From Candidatus Coatesbacteria bacterium (GTDB lineage Bacteria > RBG-13-66-14 > B26-G2), in contig QMNJ01000002.1 of the NCBI GenBank assembly GCA_003647715.1, positions 1-32,441 of the forward strand: 32,441 bases of DNA. Reading direction: 5' to 3'. Of this stretch, positions 1 to 7,628 are shown one piece after another; position 1 is the stretch's first letter; each line of letters starts with the position of its first letter. A program made the position numbers and the translations under genes. The notes under the pieces were generated by a model. That model was not told the DNA's origin, ran no database searches, and saw only the letters and a program-made list of their open reading frames with translations.

Positions 1-7
1 CATCTGC

Positions 8-799
8 ATGGGTCCCGACTCCATATATTACAATCCAGCCGGTCTATCTAAAATTGCCCGCTATGCTGGCGAGTTGATGCATGCGTATAACTTCAAGGGT
101 CTGACGAAATTAGATACCATTACAGGTGGCTTCAAGATGGGTAATATAGGTTCTCTCGGATTTGGTCTTCAGCGTCTAGGAATTGACGACATTAAGATAA
201 CCGGGTATGACGAGAACGGGCGACCGTATATCAAGGAGACAATAAACTGGGCTGACAACTGTGTATATTTCTCATATGGAAGGTCATTATTCAATGTTAT
301 TAACCTTGGCGCCACTTTTAAGTATATACGACAGGGAGGTGGTGATTGGCACTCTAATGGCTATGGTCTTGATTTGGGCATTCAGATGGTTCTTCCTGCT
401 AATCTTAGGTTTGGTATAAATGCGCAGAATATTATCGGTTCGGTTAAGTGGAGCACAGGCGTCAGAGATGACCTTACAATGAACCTCAAGGTGGGCGGTG
501 GCTACTTTATCCCTGTTGATGCGGTTTCGGGCGGGATGTTGCTGGCGGTTGACGGCGACATTCGATTTGCGGGCTATGGTGAGAGCGCCCAGATTCACTC
601 GGGCGACTTCAGCATGGATATGCATTACGGTGGTGAATTCAATATTGCGGATATACTGTTTATCAGGGGCGGTGCATATAGGGCTGACTTCGCCTGCGGA
701 GCGGGAATTCGCCTCAAGATGTTTGCCGTGGACTATGCGTTCATAACCCACACCGAATTGGGTGGTTCACACAGGATAAGCGTTGGTTTTTCAATGTAG
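8..799 (+). CDS. Outer-membrane beta-barrel protein, probably 5'-truncated by the window edge (PorV/PorQ/FadL-like 'NPAG' type; family tentative)
   Basis: 263-aa ORF whose frame stays open back to base 2. It has an N-terminal YYNPAGL motif, Gly/aromatic-rich alternating beta-strand pattern and a terminal strand ISVGFSM typical of OM barrels. Confidence 0.6.
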   Translation: MGPDSIYYNPAGLSKIARYAGELMHAYNFKGLTKLDTITGGFKMGNIGSLGFGLQRLGIDDIKITGYDENGRPYIKETINWADNCVYFSYGRSLFNVINLGATFKYIRQGGGDWHSNGYGLDLGIQMVLPANLRFGINAQNIIGSVKWSTGVRDDLTMNLKVGGGYFIPVDAVSGGMLLAVDGDIRFAGYGESAQIHSGDFSMDMHYGGEFNIADILFIRGGAYRADFACGAGIRLKMFAVDYAFITHTELGGSHRISVGFSM

Positions 800-864
800 A
801 AAAATTGAATCTTTTATATTCGCATTTATATTTATAGAATTGTATGTTTATTTTTATATTCAAC

Positions 865-907
865 TTGACTTTGATATTGACCTATGTTAAAAGTTTGAGA
901 ATATTTT
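865..907 (+). promoter_or_regulatory. Candidate sigma70-type promoter(s) for the nuo operon
   Basis: TTGACT (865-870), a 17-nt spacer, then TGtTAAAAG extended -10 (885-893). An overlapping alternative is TTGACC (877-882) with AATATT/TATTTT (900-907). An A/T-rich UP-like tract with repeated TTTTATATT lies upstream (812-860). Confidence 0.4.
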
Positions 908-937
908 AACAATCTTACTTAATATAGGATTTTTCAG

Positions 938-1294
938 ATGGCGAGCGACTACATAGTTGTATGCGTAATGTTCTTTATTGCCCTCGGGTTTGTAGGTGTT
1001 GCTTTGTTTGTAGCCAAGCTAGTCAGACCGAGAAGACCTACTAATGTCAAGTTAACTACCTATGAGTGCGGTGAGAAGCCCTGGGGTGGTGCCTGGGTTC
1101 AATATAATGTCAGGTTCTATCTGGTGGCGCTTGCGTTCGTGGTCTTTGATGTAGAGGCGGCATTTCTCTTCCCCTGGGCTGTGGTGTTCAAAAAACTCGG
1201 TCTATTTGGTTTTATAGAGATGGCGGTGTTCATATTCGTCATTCTATTTGGATTAGTATATGTCTGGAGGAAGGGGGCTTTGAAGTGGGTCTGA
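938..1294 (+). CDS. nuoA: NADH-quinone oxidoreductase subunit A
   Basis: 118 aa with three TM helices and a YECGE-type motif ([10 protein letters not shown]). It is first in the nuo gene order and its stop overlaps the nuoB start. Confidence 0.92.
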   Translation: MASDYIVVCVMFFIALGFVGVALFVAKLVRPRRPTNVKLTTYECGEKPWGGAWVQYNVRFYLVALAFVVFDVEAAFLFPWAVVFKKLGLFGFIEMAVFIFVILFGLVYVWRKGALKWV

Positions 1295-1839
1295 TTACAA
1301 AGGGCGTGGAACTGGTTGAGAAGCTGCCCAAGGGAGGTGTGTTCGTTACCACCCTGGATAAATTGTTCAACTGGTCAAGGGCGTCAAGCTTATGGTATTT
1401 CCTGTTTGGTCTCGCTTGCTGTGGTGTAGAGTTGATGTGCACAGGTGCCTCAAGGTATGATTTTGACCGTCTGGGGATGATATACAGGGCAACCCCCCGC
1501 CAGCCTGACTTGATGATAGTAGCAGGCACAGTTACAAGAAAGATGGCACCAAGGGTGAGGTTGTTATATGAGCAGATGGCAGAACCGAGATATGTGATAG
1601 CGATGGGCTCCTGTGCCATATCGGGCGGGATGTTCAAATATGACAACTACAGTGTTCTTCCAGGGGTTGATGAGGTGATTCCGGTGGATGTATATCTGCC
1701 AGGTTGTCCGCCCCGACCTGAATCGCTGTTGCATGCCTGCCTGATGATACAGAAGAAGATAAAGTCGGAGAAAATAAAGGACTGGTCATCATCTTGGGGT
1801 GGCATTAAAAAAGTAGAATTACCCGAGCATATTGATTAA
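1285..1839 (+). CDS. nuoB: NADH-quinone oxidoreductase subunit B (cluster N2 subunit)
   Basis: GTG start behind GGAGGAAGGGGG, with a 10-nt overlap with nuoA. The GLACCG, MGSCA and LPGCPP cysteine motifs of the N2-binding subunit are present. Confidence 0.95.
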   Translation: MGLITKGVELVEKLPKGGVFVTTLDKLFNWSRASSLWYFLFGLACCGVELMCTGASRYDFDRLGMIYRATPRQPDLMIVAGTVTRKMAPRVRLLYEQMAEPRYVIAMGSCAISGGMFKYDNYSVLPGVDEVIPVDVYLPGCPPRPESLLHACLMIQKKIKSEKIKDWSSSWGGIKKVELPEHID

Positions 1840-1856
1840 ACCTTTAGTTGAATATT

Positions 1857-2345
1857 ATGGCTCTTAAGGAAATAATTGAGAAAAAAGAAATTGAGGGTGT
1901 TGTTGAGATAGAGGAGACACCACACCTTTTAATTCTCTGGTTTGAGCCAGATAAAATAATGGATGTCATTGGCATTCTGAGGGACGATAGTGAACTGTCT
2001 TTTGACTGGCTTTCATTCTTGACAGCGATTGACATGAAGTCGCATCTTGATGTTATATACCTGCTCTATTCTACAAAGCATAAGCACCGCATCTGCCTGA
2101 AGACAAGTGTGAAAAGAAGGCATGGTTCTATAAAATCAATCCATGAGCTCTTCGCCGGTGCCGCCTGGCACGAGAATGAGGTATACGATATGTTCGGTTT
2201 AAGGTTTGAGGGACATCCCTATCCAAGGCGTATTCTCACCGCACCGGGAATGGAGGGGTATCCGCTGTTGAAGGATTTCCACAGCCCCGACTTCATCGTC
2301 TCGGGAGGAGTGTCCAGAAAACCTGAGAAGTTCAGAGAAAAATGA
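1857..2345 (+). CDS. nuoC: NADH-quinone oxidoreductase subunit C (30-kDa subunit)
   Basis: The motif WHENEVYDMFGLRFEGHP is typical of NuoC, and the gene is not fused to nuoD. I chose the ATG at 1857; the ORF track starts at an upstream TTG at 1848. Neither start has a clear SD. Confidence 0.9.
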   Translation: MALKEIIEKKEIEGVVEIEETPHLLILWFEPDKIMDVIGILRDDSELSFDWLSFLTAIDMKSHLDVIYLLYSTKHKHRICLKTSVKRRHGSIKSIHELFAGAAWHENEVYDMFGLRFEGHPYPRRILTAPGMEGYPLLKDFHSPDFIVSGGVSRKPEKFREK

Positions 2346-2349
2346 TTGT

Positions 2350-3624
2350 TTGTTGAATATGGCAGAGGATAGAGATAGGATTTTAAAGACAATGATAACT
2401 GAGGATGAGTTGTCGGCGATTGAAGCCCGTCCCGAACTCAAGAAGGACTACAGAACGGAGGAGTTCTGGATGAATGTGGGACCTCAGCACCCATCAACTC
2501 ATGGCGTTCTTCGTCTGGTGTTGAAGATGGATGGGGAGGTTATCGTTGATTGCGTTCCGCAGATTGGGTATCTCCACCGTGGTCTGGATAAGATGGCGGA
2601 GTTGAAGACCTATAATCAGTATTTACCCTATTTAGACAGGGCGGACTATGTCTCTGCTATGCTGACCGAGCACTGTTATGTGATGGCGGTTGAGAAACTG
2701 GCAGGGATTGAGGTGCCTGAGAGGGCTGAATATATCAGGGTTATTGTGTCGGAGCTCAATCGTATAGCCAGTCACCTTGTCTGGCTGGGTGTTCTCTCTC
2801 TTGACCTGGGAGCGATAACGCCATTTTTGTATTGTTTTCGCGAGAGGGAGATTATAATGGACCTCTTTGAGATGCTCTGTGGTCAGAGATTGACCTACAA
2901 TTATCTCAGGTTCGGTGGAGTAGCATTTGATATAGATGAAGCAGTAAATCCAAATGCTCCACATAAGTTCCTCGGCATAACAGTTAATCCTGGGGGTGAG
3001 AGAGGCGTTGATTTTACAACCCTGGCTTATAGGTTCGCAGAGGTTTTCCCTGATAGAGTTGATGACTACGAGGCAATTCTTACTCACAACGAGATATTCC
3101 TTGAGAGAATGGCGGGTATTGGCTATCTGCCTCTTGATGTGGCGCTATCCTATGGTGTCACCGGTCCCAATATCAGGGGTAGTGGGTTTGCTTATGACAT
3201 TAGAAAGGTTGATAAGTATTCAATATACGAGAAGGTCTATAATGGCACTGGTATTGAACCCCCCACTGGTGAGAAGGGTGATTGTTGGGACAGATATAAG
3301 GTTCGTATTCAGGAGATGCGCGACTCCTGCAAGATGATAAAGTGGTGTCTTGATAATATACCTGATGGTCCAATAAGAAGTAAGGTTCCGAGGGTGTTGA
3401 AGGTTGCCGAGGGCGAGACCTATATGAGAATAGAGGCACCCAGGGGTGAGTTCGGGATATATCTGGTCTCCGATGGAACCAATAAACCATATCGCTTGAA
3501 GTTGAGAGGACCCTCGTTCTCAAACCTCTCTGTGCTTCCCTATATGATTAGGGGCTATAAGGTGGCTGATTTGATAGCAATATTTGGTAGCTTGGATGTA
3601 ATACTGCCTGACTGTGATAGGTGA
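2350..3624 (+). CDS. nuoD: NADH-quinone oxidoreductase subunit D (49-kDa subunit), divergent
   Basis: Contains GPQHPSTHGVLRL, RADY, EAPRGEFGIY, KPYRLKLRGPSFSNL and a C-terminal SLDVILPDCDR. There are no NiFe-binding CxxC pairs. The start is either TTG 2350 or ATG 2359. The protein carries indels relative to canonical NuoD (see findings). Confidence 0.93.
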   Translation: MLNMAEDRDRILKTMITEDELSAIEARPELKKDYRTEEFWMNVGPQHPSTHGVLRLVLKMDGEVIVDCVPQIGYLHRGLDKMAELKTYNQYLPYLDRADYVSAMLTEHCYVMAVEKLAGIEVPERAEYIRVIVSELNRIASHLVWLGVLSLDLGAITPFLYCFREREIIMDLFEMLCGQRLTYNYLRFGGVAFDIDEAVNPNAPHKFLGITVNPGGERGVDFTTLAYRFAEVFPDRVDDYEAILTHNEIFLERMAGIGYLPLDVALSYGVTGPNIRGSGFAYDIRKVDKYSIYEKVYNGTGIEPPTGEKGDCWDRYKVRIQEMRDSCKMIKWCLDNIPDGPIRSKVPRVLKVAEGETYMRIEAPRGEFGIYLVSDGTNKPYRLKLRGPSFSNLSVLPYMIRGYKVADLIAIFGSLDVILPDCDR

Positions 3625-3630
3625 TAACTG

Positions 3631-4275
3631 ATGGAGGGATGTAAAAGAGGGATTGTGGTTTTCTTATTACTGCTATCTGTAGGTGCTTCGTTATCACAGT
3701 ATCTGGATGCTGATGCCTATTATAATGATGGTAATTTGTATTTAATGATTGGATTGTTTGACAAAGCATTAGAATCATATCAGAAGGCGATTGATGTAAA
3801 CCCAAGCCATATAAGAGCATATAGCAACCTTGGAGTTACCTATTACAAAATTGGGGAGTATGAGAAAGCGGTTGAGATTCTTAAAAAGGCAGTTGAAATA
3901 GAGAAAGACGACCTGGCTATCTGGTATAATCTTGGTCTATCGCAGGTTGAACTTGAAAGATATGAGGAGGCGCTTGTGTCATTCGGTGAAGCGACACTGA
4001 TTGATGACTACTTTGCTGAGGGCTGGAACAGTTTAGCACTTACCCTGAATGAACTGGGTAGATATGACGAGGCGCTCAATTGTGTGGATAAAGCACTTAT
4101 GATAGACCCCTATTTCGCCATTGCTATGTTGAGTAGGGCGATAATACTCGCTGAGATGGGTAGGATAGAGGAGGCGGGAAAATGGTATGCGAGGTCGCTC
4201 ACTCTAAACCCAAAGATTAAAGACCTGATAGAGGTGAAGGACTTGGAGGAGAAATTAAACAATGAAAGCAAGTAA
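3631..4275 (+). CDS. Exported tetratricopeptide-repeat (TPR) protein embedded in the nuo operon
   Basis: 214 aa with a signal-peptide-like N-terminus (MEGCKRGIVVFLLLLSVGASLSQ) followed by about five TPR units (A/Y/G/L spacing, e.g. AYSNLGVTYYKIGEYEKAVEILKKAVEI). An AGGTGA SD lies 5 nt upstream, and the gene starts 7 nt after the nuoD stop. Confidence 0.8.
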   Translation: MEGCKRGIVVFLLLLSVGASLSQYLDADAYYNDGNLYLMIGLFDKALESYQKAIDVNPSHIRAYSNLGVTYYKIGEYEKAVEILKKAVEIEKDDLAIWYNLGLSQVELERYEEALVSFGEATLIDDYFAEGWNSLALTLNELGRYDEALNCVDKALMIDPYFAIAMLSRAIILAEMGRIEEAGKWYARSLTLNPKIKDLIEVKDLEEKLNNESK

Positions 4276-5080
4276 AAAGGGATTATCAGTCAAATTTTAT
4301 TTAGTTTTATTTATCGTTATGAGTATGGTAGTCATAATGAATTCATATATAACCGGATGTAAGAAGTCCACATCAGATAGTCCAGGCTTTGAAATGTATG
4401 AGAAGGCGGTAAGCGCGTTTGAAGCGGGGAAATATGAGGATGCGCTAACAATGGTAAATAAGGCGATTGAGATGGATGAAGACCTCGCTGTTGCCTGGGG
4501 CTTAAAGGGTGAGATATATGTTCAGACGGGACAGAAAGATAAGGCGCTTGATGCATTTGATAAGGCATTGGAGATAGAACCTCGGGACTTCGTTGTTATG
4601 ACTGCCAGGGGTGCTCTTCTTGATGATATGGGAAGTGGGGAAGAAGCACTTAAAGTGCTTGATAGGGCTCTTATTCTGAAGCCCGAATACGCCCTTGCCT
4701 GGTTCTACAAAGCGAGGGCTTTGAAAAGGTTGGGCAGAGATGAGGAGGCGGTTGATGCCTATCGGGAGGCGATAGATAAGAACATTGATATGGTGGAAGC
4801 ATACACCAACCTCGGCTATTTATTGATAGATATGGAGAGGTATGATGAGGCGTATGAGGTCTATGACCGGATGGTGTTGAGATTTCCGGAAGTCAAGGCG
4901 CTTGGATTATATTGCAAGGCATGTTGTAGTGCTAAGAAAGGGGATAAAAAATTGATGTTAAAGCAGTTGAGCGAATCAATTGAACTGGAGCCATCATACA
5001 GGGATTATATTATGACTGACAATATATTTTGCGATTACTGGGAGGACAGGGAGTTAATTGAATTAGCCACCAGCGATTAA
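4262..5080 (+). CDS. TPR lipoprotein-like protein embedded in the nuo operon
   Basis: 272 aa with a hydrophobic N-terminus ending in a lipobox-like ITGC, followed by about 6-7 TPR units. It overlaps the previous TPR gene by 14 nt, and nuoH follows 31 nt downstream. Confidence 0.8.
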   Translation: MKASKKGLSVKFYLVLFIVMSMVVIMNSYITGCKKSTSDSPGFEMYEKAVSAFEAGKYEDALTMVNKAIEMDEDLAVAWGLKGEIYVQTGQKDKALDAFDKALEIEPRDFVVMTARGALLDDMGSGEEALKVLDRALILKPEYALAWFYKARALKRLGRDEEAVDAYREAIDKNIDMVEAYTNLGYLLIDMERYDEAYEVYDRMVLRFPEVKALGLYCKACCSAKKGDKKLMLKQLSESIELEPSYRDYIMTDNIFCDYWEDRELIELATSD

Positions 5081-5111
5081 TCATTGTTATATGGTTTTGT
5101 AAGGAGATAGG

Positions 5112-6134
5112 TTGATTGCAGGTTGGATAAATAGTTGTTATGAGTCAATCAGGAACTGGTGGGTTGCTTGTGGTATTCCGCTGGTATGGTTAGATATAAT
5201 TAGGGCTATTCTACTCGGAATAGTTCTCGCCATTATTGTGGTGGTGGCGGTTCTCATTCTTACCTATGTGGAGCGGAAGGTGGCGGGGCACTTTCAGAGC
5301 AGAATGGGTCCAATGAGGGTTGGCTGGCATGGACTACTTCAGCCAATTGCTGATGCAATAAAACTAATTCAGAAGGAGGACATTGTTCCCGAGAAGGCGG
5401 ACTACTGGGTGTTCACACTTGCACCATTTGTAGTTTTTGTGCCTGTAATGATGGTTCTGGTGGTTATACCCTTTGGGGACCATCTGATTGTGCAGGACCT
5501 GAACATAGGGATATTATACATCTTTGCAGTATCAGGTATTGGTGTGGTGGCAATTCTTATGGGCGGATGGGCGTCAAATAACAAGTGGAGTTTGCTGGGG
5601 GCTATGCGAAGCGTCTCCCAGATGGTCTCCTATGAACTACCGCTTATTCTGTCTGTGCTTGGCGTGGTAATTCTTGCGGGCACTATGTCAATGGGGGGTA
5701 TTGTGGAGGCGCAGAGAAAGATGTGGTTCATTGTATATCAGCCCTTGGGCTTCATAATCTATCTGTTTGCTGCTACTGCGGAGGTCAACAGGGTGCCATT
5801 TGATTTGCCAGAGGCGGAACAGGAGATTGTCGCCGGTTACAATACTGAATACTCGGGTATGAAGTTCGCTATGTTCTACCTCGCAGAATATGCCAATATG
5901 TTTATCGTCTCTATGATAGGTGCAACGCTGTTCCTGGGTGGCTGGCAGGGACCGCTATTGCCCAGTCCGGTATGGTTCTTGATAAAGACGGGGGCGATGG
6001 TATTTATCCTCCTGTGGTTCAGGTGGACATTTCCAAGATTTAGGGTGGACCAGTTGATGGACTTCGGATGGAAGGTATTGTTGCCATTTGCGTTTATAAA
6101 CCTGCTTGTAACAGCACTGGTGGTGATAATTTGA
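5112..6134 (+). CDS. nuoH: NADH-quinone oxidoreductase subunit H
   Basis: 340 aa, polytopic, with ERKVAGHFQSRMGP, VNRVPFDLPEAEQEIVAGY and EYSGMKFAMFYLAEY motifs. TTG start 5 nt after AAGGAG. Confidence 0.95.
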   Translation: MIAGWINSCYESIRNWWVACGIPLVWLDIIRAILLGIVLAIIVVVAVLILTYVERKVAGHFQSRMGPMRVGWHGLLQPIADAIKLIQKEDIVPEKADYWVFTLAPFVVFVPVMMVLVVIPFGDHLIVQDLNIGILYIFAVSGIGVVAILMGGWASNNKWSLLGAMRSVSQMVSYELPLILSVLGVVILAGTMSMGGIVEAQRKMWFIVYQPLGFIIYLFAATAEVNRVPFDLPEAEQEIVAGYNTEYSGMKFAMFYLAEYANMFIVSMIGATLFLGGWQGPLLPSPVWFLIKTGAMVFILLWFRWTFPRFRVDQLMDFGWKVLLPFAFINLLVTALVVII

Positions 6135-6137
6135 ACT

Positions 6138-6614
6138 ATGAGAGATGTTAGAAAGCGCAACTATCTGGTGAAGGTGTTCAAGGGAGCGGTGAGTTTGCTT
6201 GTCGGTATGTTCACCACTATAAAGTATTTGCTCTCACCCTCCGTTACTCTGCAATACCCAAAGGAGAGGTGGTTTATTCCGCCCCGCTCACGAGGGAGAA
6301 TTGGTATGGTCAGGGATGAGGAGACGGGGAAGAGTAAGTGCACCGGATGTGGTATATGTGCTCAGAATTGCCCGTCTCTGGCAATATGGGTAGAGAGCAA
6401 GAAAGACCCCGAGACCAAAAAGCCCGTGATGAGTGAGTTCTACATTGATTTCACTCTATGTATGTTCTGCGGTTACTGTGTGGAGTTATGCCCCTTTGGT
6501 GCATTAAAGGTGGTGCCTGAGGAGTATGAATTCTCCACATTTAATAAGGATGACCTGATATTTGACGCCGAGATGTTGATGGCTCCTGCGAAGAGCCCTG
6601 AGTTTTTGAAGTGA
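6138..6614 (+). CDS. nuoI: NADH-quinone oxidoreductase subunit I (2x[4Fe-4S])
   Basis: Two ferredoxin motifs, CTGCGICAQNCP and CMFCGYCVELCP, plus the TLQYPKER motif. Confidence 0.95.
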   Translation: MRDVRKRNYLVKVFKGAVSLLVGMFTTIKYLLSPSVTLQYPKERWFIPPRSRGRIGMVRDEETGKSKCTGCGICAQNCPSLAIWVESKKDPETKKPVMSEFYIDFTLCMFCGYCVELCPFGALKVVPEEYEFSTFNKDDLIFDAEMLMAPAKSPEFLK

Positions 6615-6615
6615 T

Positions 6616-7248
6616 ATGACTGGTTTAGAGACAGAAGAGATATTGAGTGCTATAGTGTTCTACCTTCTCTCAGGAGTCGTTGTGGGTTCATCTATTCTGG
6701 TGATAACGCTGAGGAATATATTCCGTTCTGCATTGTTTCTTTTGCTTGCATTCTTTGCTACTGCGGGGCTTTTTATCACTCTGGATGCGGAGTTTATTGC
6801 TGCGGTTCAGGTTCTCATCTATGTTGGAGCAATTGGTGTTCTGATACTCTTTGCTATAATGCTGACCAGACGGATACAGGACCCTGTTGCGAAATCAACT
6901 ACAAGGTCGTTTATACTTGGTGCCTTTGTATCAGCTGCTTTTCTGTTCTTCTTAATTCTGATACTTGGTAAGATATACCTGCCTCCATTCCCGGAGACGG
7001 GGGCTGATACAGAGGGCATAACGAAGGGCATAGGTAGAATGCTATTGACATACTATCTGTTGCCCTTTGAGGTGGTGTCTGTGCTTCTGGTAGGTGCTCT
7101 CATTGGTGCGGTGGTGATAGCGAGGAAGGAGGAGGCAAGAGGTGGTGAACCACCCGAGGTTGCGCTTGAGAGGGAGAGGAAAGATAGAGAGATAACGGAT
7201 TCAAAACCGGATGGTAATGGTTTAGAACAGAATGATAGGAAGCATTAA
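6616..7248 (+). CDS. nuoJ: NADH-quinone oxidoreductase subunit J, with a charged C-terminal tail
   Basis: Position in the operon, TM helices and a VQVLIYVGAIGVLILFAIML motif. About 45 C-terminal residues are highly charged (RKEEARGGEPPEVALERERKDRE...). Confidence 0.9.
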   Translation: MTGLETEEILSAIVFYLLSGVVVGSSILVITLRNIFRSALFLLLAFFATAGLFITLDAEFIAAVQVLIYVGAIGVLILFAIMLTRRIQDPVAKSTTRSFILGAFVSAAFLFFLILILGKIYLPPFPETGADTEGITKGIGRMLLTYYLLPFEVVSVLLVGALIGAVVIARKEEARGGEPPEVALERERKDREITDSKPDGNGLEQNDRKH

Positions 7249-7600
7249 CATACTTGACATTTTAAAGCCGGAGCTAATCTGTGCAATAGTGAGGGTCACT
7301 CCCACTCATTATTTGTATGTGGCGGGCATTGTCTTCTGCATCGGTCTTATGGGTGTGATGATAAGGAGAAATGCTATTGCCATTCTTATGAGTATTGAAC
7401 TGATGCTCAATGCGGTGAACATTGTGTTAATTGCTGGAGGAAGGGCGTATGGACCAAAGACCTACGATGCGTCTTCATTCGTGATTTTCATCATAGCAGT
7501 TGCGGCAGCGGAGGCGATTGTTGGTCTTGCCCTTATACTTGCTGCATACAGGCATATGAAAGATATTAATATTGACGATATGAGTATTATGAAATGGTGA
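7232..7600 (+). CDS. nuoK: NADH-quinone oxidoreductase subunit K
   Basis: The motif RRNAIAILMSIELMLNAVNI is typical of NuoK. The ATG at 7232 overlaps nuoJ by 17 nt. An in-frame GTG at 7289 would give a more canonical protein of about 104 aa. Confidence 0.9.
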   Translation: MIGSINILDILKPELICAIVRVTPTHYLYVAGIVFCIGLMGVMIRRNAIAILMSIELMLNAVNIVLIAGGRAYGPKTYDASSFVIFIIAVAAAEAIVGLALILAAYRHMKDINIDDMSIMKW

Positions 7601-7628
7601 ATAAGATTTATTTCAGGAGTGTAATGAT

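Noticed and set aside
3631-5080. The two TPR genes as functional substitutes for the NuoEFG electron-input module
   Set aside because: Both have N-terminal export signals (one signal-peptide-like, one lipobox-like) and no cofactor-binding cysteine or flavin motifs. The N-module works on the cytoplasmic side. They are kept as a finding, but only as putative periplasmic accessory proteins.
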